From Candidatus Lloydbacteria bacterium RIFCSPHIGHO2_02_FULL_50_18 (GTDB lineage: Bacteria; Patescibacteriota; Minisyncoccia; Phycocordibacterales; UBA6899): a stretch of DNA of 29,245 nucleotides. Of this stretch, positions 1 to 7,985 are shown piece by piece. A model generated the notes under the pieces. That model did no database searches. It worked only from the letters and a program-made list of their open reading frames with translations, and was not told where the DNA came from. The first letter of the stretch is position 1. Every line of letters starts with the position of its first letter. Both the position numbers and the translations under genes were made by a program. The stretch is taken from assembly GCA_001821395.1 (NCBI GenBank), contig MHLM01000007.1, positions 1 through 29,245 on the forward strand, read 5' to 3'.

Positions 1-72
1 TGGGAAACTCCTTGCAAGGTATTCGGAGCATGTTGCGTTTCAAGATAGAATTTAAGAATCCCCATTCGCTCC

Positions 73-309
73 TCACTCAAACCGAATGATGTTGACTGGG
101 CAGGTATCCGACGCTTCTTTGTTTGCTGCACAGTCTCCTTCGTCAATTGCTACGGACACTACGCCGTTCTTATGCAATACACCACCTTCGAGATCAGATT
201 TGCCGTCGTTGTCATTCATTTTCCAATTTTTCGGTGCAAGCAATACGCAGGATCCGCATCCGATACACTTCTCCCGTTGATGATGAATGGTGATTTTCTT
301 TACTCCCAT
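73..309 (-). CDS. small single-cluster [4Fe-4S] ferredoxin
   Basis: 78-aa ORF. Cysteine pattern C-I-G-C-G-S-C plus a distal C-P, typical of bacterial 4Fe-4S ferredoxins. Its start lies 5 nt after the stop of the upstream U32 gene on the same strand, suggesting co-translation. Confidence 0.7.
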   Translation of the reverse strand: MGVKKITIHHQREKCIGCGSCVLLAPKNWKMNDNDGKSDLEGGVLHKNGVVSVAIDEGDCAANKEASDTCPVNIIRFE

Positions 310-314
310 ATGCG

Positions 315-1565
315 CTACTTTTTATCTCTCCAAAGATACACTTCGTCGTTCGGGCGGACGCGCCTTGAAACCGGAATAGTGATAGCGTCTCCTTTCTTCG
401 CACTCGTGACAGAATGTTGATTCACGTCACGCATTTCAGTGACAGTCGCTCCATATACTCCGGTGGTTTGTCCGATGATTTTGATTTCGTCTCCAATGTG
501 CACTGCTTCTGCGTGGAGAAGTATTTCTGCAACACCCGCCTTCGCGAAATAATTTTTTACCACACCAAGTGCGACACGCTCTTTTGTTGCCTGCGAACCT
601 TTTGTGTTGCTGTATGCATCGAGCTCTTTTCCAAGATAGTAGTTGCCGTGCGATTGACCGCGGTTGTATACCGTTTTGAGCTCATCGAAATACGTTTCAA
701 TCTTTTCCTTCGTGTAGGTACCGTTTGCAACATCCTTAAGCGCTTGCTTGTATGCGTGTGTCACGATTTCAACATACTCGGGTGCGCGGCCGCGGCCTTC
801 GATCTTGAAGACCTGCACGCCCGCTGCGAGGAGCTCGGGGATCTTGTCGATCATGCAGATGTCTGCTGCGCTCATCACGAACTGGTTGTCGACAATGAGC
901 TCTTGCCCTGTTTCCACATCAGTCACCTTGTACGCGCGACGGCAATTTTGACGGCATGCTCCACGATTTGCAGACGAGTTGTCGGTATAGATACTCATGA
1001 AGCATCTGCCGGACTGGGCGACACAGAGCGCTCCGTGCACGAAGGCTTCGATCTCCATCATTCTCCCTTCGTTCCCCAAAAGCTTCTCTTCACGAATCTT
1101 TGTTGCAATGGCTTTGATCTGATCGAGGGTGAGTTCGCGCGCGAGCACGACGCGGTTGGTGAGTTTCGCAAAGAATTTCAGGGATTCATAGTTTGAGACG
1201 GAAAACTGCACCGAGACATGCACGGGCATTCCTATCTCGTTGCAATATGCTAGGGTTGCAAAATCAAAACCAATAATCGCGTCGACACCATTTGCCTTTG
1301 CGGCGTCAACAATCTTCTTCATGAGTACGGTGTCATGGTCGTACAAAAGCGTGTTCACGACGAGATACGCTTTGATCTTCGCAGTATGACAAATGTCCGC
1401 GACTGTCTTGATGTCGTCGAGGGTCATGTTGTCTGCAGCGCGAGAACGCATATTGAGTTGCGTGACGCCAAAATAGATACTGTCGCATCCTGCTTCTATA
1501 GCAGCCTGTAGACTTTCCATACTCCCGGCGGGAGCCATTATTTCCGCATTGTGAGGTGAGATCAT
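315..1565 (-). CDS. peptidase U32 family protein (Fe-S enzyme, RlhA/TrhP/YhbU-like)
   Basis: N-terminus ...MAPAGSMESLQAAIEAGCDSIYFG aligns with the U32 family N-terminus (E. coli YhbU MELLCPAGN...AAIENGADAVY). It carries a C-x6-C-x15-C-x3-C motif (CVAQSGRC...C..RQNC) and an EGRGR motif. The ORF-track start at 1628 is a GTG, and the ATG at 1565 (MISPH...) fits the family better. The start is uncertain. Confidence 0.8.
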   Translation of the reverse strand: MISPHNAEIMAPAGSMESLQAAIEAGCDSIYFGVTQLNMRSRAADNMTLDDIKTVADICHTAKIKAYLVVNTLLYDHDTVLMKKIVDAAKANGVDAIIGFDFATLAYCNEIGMPVHVSVQFSVSNYESLKFFAKLTNRVVLARELTLDQIKAIATKIREEKLLGNEGRMMEIEAFVHGALCVAQSGRCFMSIYTDNSSANRGACRQNCRRAYKVTDVETGQELIVDNQFVMSAADICMIDKIPELLAAGVQVFKIEGRGRAPEYVEIVTHAYKQALKDVANGTYTKEKIETYFDELKTVYNRGQSHGNYYLGKELDAYSNTKGSQATKERVALGVVKNYFAKAGVAEILLHAEAVHIGDEIKIIGQTTGVYGATVTEMRDVNQHSVTSAKKGDAITIPVSRRVRPNDEVYLWRDKK

Positions 1566-1793
1566 GGGAAAAAGTCTACGTGGAATCTCGAAAACACGCA
1601 AGAAGCCGAACGAAGGATTATCGCCCACGAATTTCCAATAACCTGTTCACAATGATATAAAAACCGCCTAGCACATGCGTGTGTGTGCCGACGGTTTTGG
1701 ACCATCAAAAGCCTTCGGACTACCAAAATCACAAAACTCAACAGCTTAAACCACAGAATTGCGAGTAACGCTTTTGTACGTTAGTATGCCCTC

Positions 1794-2969
1794 ATGCGTA
1801 TTCTATCTATAGAGACAAGCTGCGACGAGACCGCCATCGCGATCATCGAGACAACGAGCGACCTGCCTCATTGCGCCTTTAAGATACTCGCAAATCAAAC
1901 ACTGACACAGATCGAACTGCACAAACAGTACGGCGGAGTATTCCCCATGATGGCGAAACGCGAACATGCGCGCACACTCGTACCGCTCCTCAAGGTCGCG
2001 CTCAAAGAAGCCGGGCTGTACAAAGAAACAAGCAGGCATGTCATCGAAAGCCCGCTACGGAAGGAGTTTGAACACATGCTCCTGCGAGAGCCGGAGCTCT
2101 ATGCGCAATTCATCGCCGATGTCCCGAACTGGGACCCGCCGCAGATCGACATGATCGCAGTCACGAGCGGCCCCGGACTCGAACCTGCGCTGTGGGTCGG
2201 TATCAATTTTGCGAAAGCGCTTTCACTCGTTTGGAAGACCCCGGTAATCCCGATCAATCACATGGAAGGCCACATGCTCACACCACTGCTTGAACCGACG
2301 GCGGACGGTATGCGACTAATGGAGACGCTCTTCCCCGTCCTCGGCCTACTCGTCTCAGGAGGACATACCGAGCTCGTGCTGATGAAGACATGGGGTACGT
2401 ACGAACTCCTCGGCGAAACAAAGGACGATGCGGTGGGCGAGGCATTTGATAAGGTCGCACGCATCCTCGGACTTCCCTATCCCGGCGGACCCGAGATCGC
2501 ACGACTAGCGCTTCTTGGCACGGGCGGAAAATACACACTTCCCCGTCCGATGCTTCATGCTGAGAACTTCGACTTTTCTTTTTCCGGGCTGAAAACGGCA
2601 GTGCTCTATCTGGCCAAAGATATCGGCGTCCTCTCCGACGAGCAAAAACAAGATATTGCGCGTGAATTTGAAGAAGCATGCGCGGAGGTGCTCACGAAAA
2701 AGACTCGTCGTGCATCGGAAGAATACGGCGCACGAATGATCGTCGTCGGCGGTGGGGTTTCCGCGAATAAGAGACTTCGGGATACGCTCGTAGAAACGAT
2801 GCGGAACGAAGGAAGTAGCGTACCAGTCTATTTTCCGGGTGCAACATTGTCGACCGATAATGCACTCATGATCGCGATCGCCGCGGCGACGAGACAAGGA
2901 CAAAAACCGCAGTCACTCGACCACATCATCGCCAACGGAAATTGGCGCATCACAAGCGTACTCACCTAA
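1794..2969 (+). CDS. tsaD: tRNA N6-adenosine threonylcarbamoyltransferase TsaD (Kae1/Gcp family)
   Basis: N-terminus MRILSIETSCDETAIAII, an HMEGH motif and an SGGV...N C-terminal region. At 391 aa it is longer than typical, with an insertion after about aa 85. Confidence 0.85.
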   Translation: MRILSIETSCDETAIAIIETTSDLPHCAFKILANQTLTQIELHKQYGGVFPMMAKREHARTLVPLLKVALKEAGLYKETSRHVIESPLRKEFEHMLLREPELYAQFIADVPNWDPPQIDMIAVTSGPGLEPALWVGINFAKALSLVWKTPVIPINHMEGHMLTPLLEPTADGMRLMETLFPVLGLLVSGGHTELVLMKTWGTYELLGETKDDAVGEAFDKVARILGLPYPGGPEIARLALLGTGGKYTLPRPMLHAENFDFSFSGLKTAVLYLAKDIGVLSDEQKQDIAREFEEACAEVLTKKTRRASEEYGARMIVVGGGVSANKRLRDTLVETMRNEGSSVPVYFPGATLSTDNALMIAIAAATRQGQKPQSLDHIIANGNWRITSVLT

Positions 2970-2975
2970 TTAAAA

Positions 2976-2998
2976 AACCGCCACAACGGCGGTTTTTT
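2976..2998. terminator. bidirectional rho-independent terminator between tsaD and the giant gene
   Basis: A-tract, stem ccgcc(2978-2982)/ggcgg(2988-2992) with loop acaac, then T6 (2993-2998). It lies between convergent genes. Confidence 0.6.
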
Positions 2999-3020
2999 AA
3001 TTCTTGGTGATATACCGAAT

Positions 3021-6000
3021 TTATTTTACGTCGACCTCATCGATCGTATTGCGTCTCTTCAAGTACAGTCTCGTGAGCAGGAGTGTAAGGATGACAAGCA
3101 CGATGAGGAAATAAACTGAACTATCTGAAAGATGCAGTTTGTCCGATACTGACCCGACCACAGCGGCAAGTCCGCGCTTCGTGCTTGCACCAGCGACGAT
3201 CCCTTCTTCTTTAGTGACACTCGGATCAGTCTGCGTTCCTGAAAGCTCACCTCCCACATGCGGCATTGTTGCCAACAGGTCGGACAGCGCAAGCCTCCCA
3301 CGATTAACGAGCTTCGGTTCCGGTTTTTCCTTTTCATTCACGTCTATGGCTGCGAACACCCCTTCATTGCCGTTATTGACGCTTACCCCATTAGAAGCTC
3401 CATCGTTCGTATTCATTCCCACAAGAGGTAGTACGGAGGTTGTCGTACTGCCTTCTCTGTGGATCTTGTTGATAAGATCTCGGAATGCCGCAACCTCACT
3501 CACCTGCAAAGACGTCAGTGGAAATTCTTGCTTACAATAGAGCTCATTGACCTTCTTTTGTGTTGTGTAATACACATACCCCGTATTGCCCCGTAAATTC
3601 CAGATCGAAAGCACATCGACAGCGTACCTGTCTTGGAATGCGCGCACCGCGGCATCGGTAGTCGTATCGAAGAATCCGTTGACATCGAGCGTCGTGAATC
3701 CTTCGTAATTCCTGAGAAACGTCTGAAGCTTCGTCACTTCAACCGGATTGTTGTTTGCACCAAGCCTCATGTATGCATTGAGATATGAACACTCCGTTGA
3801 TTCACCGAGCACCGCACCCTGCGTCAGCTCAATTCCGATCGCACCCTCCGTGTCGGTCGTTGAGATCGGACGGAAATATGTCGAAACACCGGAAGGTATT
3901 CCCTCGATAGTGACGCTATGTGTCGTCGAGGCAATTGTGTCGGTCGCAGTAGAGAGATCGTATCCATAGAGCGGAGATGCTCCGAGACTCAAGACGGGTA
4001 GAAGTCCGTACGTCACGCGACTGGTCGCAGCGATGTTGGTATCCCAGGTCACCGTCACGGTCGTTGTGCCGGTGCTGGCAAGATGTTCATTGAATATCGC
4101 AAGCGTGACCGATCCCCCCCCGCAGTTAACTGTACAACCACCTCCACCGGGGACAACATTAACCGTACGCGTGACGGGTGTCGCGGCATGACCCTGTGCA
4201 TCAGCAACATTATAGGAAAGTGTATATGCACCGATCACACTTGCATTAACCAAACCACTGACAACAATACTCGAGGTAATGTCTCCGTCTTCCGGATCAT
4301 GCGCTGTTGCCCCGGGGTCAGCAAAGGTCGTATCCATGGTGATGCTCATTGGATCGGCACCAAGGAGCGTGAGCGTCGGACCCGTGTCGCGCTCATCATT
4401 ATCTTGCGGTGAATCACAGCCCGGATCTCGTGGGAAGTCTGCAAATCCGTCGCCATCGTTATCGCTCCCGTCTGAGCACGCTGCAGGAGGCTCGCCGCCA
4501 CAATTTTGCGTACACACGGCGGGAGTAACGTTCACTGTGCGCGACTGTGTGTCTGCCGCAACATCCTGCGAATCAGTGGCATTGTACTCGATCACATATG
4601 CACCTGCGACCGCCGTATTTACGGTACCAAAAATGACGAGCTTCCCGTCGATCTGTCCGTCTTCCTGATCGTGTACGGTTGCATTCGGTTCTCCATAAGA
4701 TGCGCCAACAACGAGATTCATTACGATGTCACCCAACAGCGTGATCATCGGCTTTGCATTTTCGCTATCGTCTTCCGAGGAACTACAACCCGGATCGAGC
4801 GGAAAATCGGTCAACTCATCTCCGTCATTGTCCCTTCCGTCAGAGCAACTTGTAACAACTCTTACGGTACGTATTTTTGTATCAGCGGCGAGACCCTTTG
4901 CATCTGCTGCGTCATAGGTAACCGTGTAAGTACCGAGCACGTTTGTATCAACGACACCCGTCGTCACGAGCGTGATTGCTCCTTCTTCAGGATCAATAGC
5001 CGTTGCGCTCGGATCAATGAATGTCACACCAAGATGGATCTCGAATGGATTGTCACCGAGCACGGTGATGACCGGCTGCTCATTCTCATCGTTATCCTCC
5101 GAAGAGTCACATCCTGCGTCCCGAACCACCTCAATGTTTCCTGAAAAGTCGACATGACCGTCACCATCATTATCGATACCATCATTACACTCCGTAACGG
5201 GAGGGGTCACGTTCACAATGCGCGTCTTTTCAGCGGCTGCAAGCCCCTTCGAATCTGAAACATTATAGTGAAGCGTGTATGAACCAACAATAGACGTATC
5301 AACGGTGTCCGTCATTAAAATACTTGCAGCAGGGATGACACCATCCTCTTCATCAAATGCCGTTGCACCGATATCGGTAAACGTACCACCCTGCGTAATA
5401 CTAAAGGGATTTGCTCCGACCACGGTAATAACGGGAGCGTTGTTCTCATCATTATCATTCGGACCTTCGCATCCTAGATCTCCACCGGCAAAGTCGGTCT
5501 TTCCGTCATGATCATTATCCTTCCCGTCAGCACACGCTGCGACGACGCGAACGATGCGCGTCTTCGTGTCAGCTGAGATATTCAGTGAATCGGTTGCATT
5601 ATAAGTGATCGTGTAATTGTTAAGGACATTTGTATCAAGGACACCCGTCGTCACCAGCTTTGAGAGCGTAATGTCTCCGTCTTCCGGGTCAACCGCAATT
5701 GCTCCTTCATCAGCGTAGGCATCACCAAGCGTAACAATAGCGGGGTCCGCTCCGATGACGGTGATGACCGGCTGCTCATTCTCATCATTATCCTCCGGGC
5801 CCTCACAGCCAGCGTCACCTCCGACGAAATCGGTCTCGCTGTCGTTGTCGTTGTCTTTCCCGTCGCGACATTGCGGTTTATTTGATTCGGTATTCAAGAA
5901 ATTTTGCCCCGCCAATACTGCACCCGGATCAAGATTCAAAAAATAACATCCGTTATACATTGAGCTGACCGGTGACGTCTCCGTCCATCCGCTCCGAGCG

Positions 6001-7649
6001 ACTTCGCAAAGCAGGTAGTTGCCCGGAATAACATCGCTGAACACATATGAACCATCGGCGCTTGTTGTCGTATTCAACGTAAGCCCGTTTCCTGCCACTT
6101 CAGTAAGGGTGATTTCCCAACCTCCTATGCCCACTTCAGCACTATCAACAACGCCATTTGCATTTTCATCGTTAATCTTTTTTCCAGAGACATTGGCAGG
6201 ATCACGCCGACACTCTGTCGTTGCGATACTCTGATAGATAGCAGTGAGATCGGCGCCAGTCGGAGCAAAATAATAATTCGACGGCTGTGATGCGATCTGC
6301 TTCATCAGCGTCGGATTCACGTGGGCGCCCAGCCCGATGGTATAAATGACCGTTCCCAGCGATTTCGCTATCGACGATTGTGTGACCGCAGCAGCACTCG
6401 CAGCCGCAGTAGACACACCCTCTACCTCTGGGACACCGTCCGAGAGCAATATCATCACATGCTTTGTACCGATACGCCCGTTTGCCGTCATCTCTTCCGT
6501 TGCCTTGTTGATCGCTTCGCTAATGTTTGTACCACCAGCCGCGGCAACAGAAGCGAAGCTGGACTTTACCGCAAAAAGATCAGAAGAAAGTGCCGAATTG
6601 AGCGTCGTAGCCGCACTATAGGTCACTACTCCTGCCTTATCAGTTAGTGGTGAAAGACCATCAATGAAAGTTGCTGCGCCGCTCTTTGCCTGGGTCAAAG
6701 GCTGCTCGGGATCTATCCCGTCAAATTTCATGCTCCCTGAACGGTCAATGATCAGCATGACATCAATCGGAGCGAGACATGCCTGTGCGAGTGTAACAGT
6801 GACAATGCGTGTTTTTGTATCAGCGGCAATATTTTGAGAATCAGTTGCGTTGTAGGTGATAGCGTATGTACCCAGTGTGTTCACGTCGACGACGCCGGTC
6901 GCAACGACCTTGTTGTTTATTTGCCCATCTTCAGCATCAAACGCTGTTGCCCCTTGATCGATGTAGATGTTGCCAAGGATGACCTCCACAGGATTATCAC
7001 CGACAATAGTGATCACCGGTTGCTGGTTTCCTGTTGGAGGAGGAGTCGTGCACCCCTCTCCATCAAGAGCAACATGTAGCCCATAAAGCAATCCAGCGGG
7101 ATTCAACTGTGGTGAACTTCCTACTTGTGCCCAATTTTTTACAGTGAAAGAAAGGGTGTTCGCTCCAACATGCAGACCAGAAAGTACATTGTAAGTATCT
7201 TTTTCCCCATCGAAGTAATTATATTCGGTATTATCTCCACCGATCGGATTCCCATTAAGTGCAACAGTATATGAATTATCAGCAGCAATCACGAGCGAAC
7301 CATTAAGTGGGACCGAGGGTAGATCGAATGATCTTGTAAAAGTCACTGTTTCATCGACCGAAGGATCAAGCACGAGATGCGAACTCCATATCCATGTTGC
7401 CCCGGGAATTAACGCTGTCCACCTTACGTTACCATTATACGTCGGCGTAGCATTCACTCCTCCCATGATGGTTGTGTGAATATCAGAAACGATATCAACA
7501 TCACAAACAACGGGCTGATCACTCAGAACGGTCGCATACGCAACCAGAGGTGCACCACCACCTTGCAGCAGCAAAGAAAATGCCATCAGCATTGCGACTG
7601 ATCGCTGTTTTAAAATTTGTTTTTTCGATGAGGTAAATATGGTCTGCAT
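3021..7649 (-). CDS. giant secreted/cell-surface multidomain protein
   Basis: 1542-aa ORF with an N-terminal signal peptide (KKQILKQR then a hydrophobic stretch). VWA domain with an MIDAS-like DRSGSM motif (about nt 6212-6782). SdrD/CnaB-like fold (GGWEITL...DGSYVF). Six tandem repeats, each a Cys/Asp-rich motif (C.DG.DND.DG..DF..D.GC) followed by an Ig-like PVIT..G.NP...GxxYxDxGAxAxDxxDGxI domain. Peptidoglycan-binding-like segment (LQTFLRNYEGF...AVRAFQDRYA). C-terminal hydrophobic helix followed by KRRN. Confidence 0.8.
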   Translation of the reverse strand: MQTIFTSSKKQILKQRSVAMLMAFSLLLQGGGAPLVAYATVLSDQPVVCDVDIVSDIHTTIMGGVNATPTYNGNVRWTALIPGATWIWSSHLVLDPSVDETVTFTRSFDLPSVPLNGSLVIAADNSYTVALNGNPIGGDNTEYNYFDGEKDTYNVLSGLHVGANTLSFTVKNWAQVGSSPQLNPAGLLYGLHVALDGEGCTTPPPTGNQQPVITIVGDNPVEVILGNIYIDQGATAFDAEDGQINNKVVATGVVDVNTLGTYAITYNATDSQNIAADTKTRIVTVTLAQACLAPIDVMLIIDRSGSMKFDGIDPEQPLTQAKSGAATFIDGLSPLTDKAGVVTYSAATTLNSALSSDLFAVKSSFASVAAAGGTNISEAINKATEEMTANGRIGTKHVMILLSDGVPEVEGVSTAAASAAAVTQSSIAKSLGTVIYTIGLGAHVNPTLMKQIASQPSNYYFAPTGADLTAIYQSIATTECRRDPANVSGKKINDENANGVVDSAEVGIGGWEITLTEVAGNGLTLNTTTSADGSYVFSDVIPGNYLLCEVARSGWTETSPVSSMYNGCYFLNLDPGAVLAGQNFLNTESNKPQCRDGKDNDNDSETDFVGGDAGCEGPEDNDENEQPVITVIGADPAIVTLGDAYADEGAIAVDPEDGDITLSKLVTTGVLDTNVLNNYTITYNATDSLNISADTKTRIVRVVAACADGKDNDHDGKTDFAGGDLGCEGPNDNDENNAPVITVVGANPFSITQGGTFTDIGATAFDEEDGVIPAASILMTDTVDTSIVGSYTLHYNVSDSKGLAAAEKTRIVNVTPPVTECNDGIDNDGDGHVDFSGNIEVVRDAGCDSSEDNDENEQPVITVLGDNPFEIHLGVTFIDPSATAIDPEEGAITLVTTGVVDTNVLGTYTVTYDAADAKGLAADTKIRTVRVVTSCSDGRDNDGDELTDFPLDPGCSSSEDDSENAKPMITLLGDIVMNLVVGASYGEPNATVHDQEDGQIDGKLVIFGTVNTAVAGAYVIEYNATDSQDVAADTQSRTVNVTPAVCTQNCGGEPPAACSDGSDNDGDGFADFPRDPGCDSPQDNDERDTGPTLTLLGADPMSITMDTTFADPGATAHDPEDGDITSSIVVSGLVNASVIGAYTLSYNVADAQGHAATPVTRTVNVVPGGGGCTVNCGGGSVTLAIFNEHLASTGTTTVTVTWDTNIAATSRVTYGLLPVLSLGASPLYGYDLSTATDTIASTTHSVTIEGIPSGVSTYFRPISTTDTEGAIGIELTQGAVLGESTECSYLNAYMRLGANNNPVEVTKLQTFLRNYEGFTTLDVNGFFDTTTDAAVRAFQDRYAVDVLSIWNLRGNTGYVYYTTQKKVNELYCKQEFPLTSLQVSEVAAFRDLINKIHREGSTTTSVLPLVGMNTNDGASNGVSVNNGNEGVFAAIDVNEKEKPEPKLVNRGRLALSDLLATMPHVGGELSGTQTDPSVTKEEGIVAGASTKRGLAAVVGSVSDKLHLSDSSVYFLIVLVILTLLLTRLYLKRRNTIDEVDVK
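4200..5900 (-). repeat. intragenic tandem coding repeats (about 290 bp x6) inside the giant protein gene
   Basis: Repeated protein modules (MopE-like motif plus Ig-like domain). The repeats also show up as families of similar spurious plus-strand ORFs in this interval. Confidence 0.6.
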
Positions 7650-7788
7650 AGAGTGGGTAAAGATTAGTGGGTACTAATAATAAAAATTTAAAAAAGATTT
7701 CCACCTCTTTTGGAGGTGAATAATGGCGTAATTTGGAATAACTATTCAAAAACAAGAAACAAAAAGAAAAGATCAAACGATTTCCCGC

Positions 7789-7816
7789 AGTATATATTCT
7801 ATTTACATGTAGTCAA
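7789..7816 (-). promoter_or_regulatory. sigma70-like promoter for the giant surface protein gene
   Basis: Minus strand: -35 TTGACT (plus 7811-7816), 16-nt spacer, -10 TATACT (plus 7789-7794). It is followed by a leader of about 130 nt. Confidence 0.4.
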
Positions 7817-7970
7817 TGTGTGTTTAATTTTTTGATGGCCCAGTTGAGCCATATAAAGGACATTATTTATGTCTTTTATGCTGTCCTATAGAAATCATAA
7901 AGGACATTTATTGCTGTAAAGCCATAAATTATGCCATGCTTCACCTTCAACTATAGATACTGCTTCGTCA

Positions 7971-7979
7971 TGATATAAT
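7971..7979 (+). promoter_or_regulatory. extended -10 promoter (TGATATAAT) of valS, apparently leaderless
   Basis: TGATATAAT ends 6 nt before the valS ATG at 7986, and there is no Shine-Dalgarno site. Confidence 0.4.
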
Positions 7980-7985
7980 TCCGGA

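Noticed and set aside
4200-5900. Regularly spaced repeats that could be mistaken for a CRISPR array or a diversity-generating retroelement VR/TR pair
   Set aside because: The repeats are about 290 bp, coding and in-frame protein domains. No short direct repeats with unique spacers are present. No reverse transcriptase or cas gene is in the window.
3059-7079. Numerous plus-strand ORFs (60-212 aa) inside the giant gene, several resembling each other
   Set aside because: They are antisense shadows of the minus-strand 1542-aa gene. Their mutual similarity only reflects the tandem coding repeats on the other strand.
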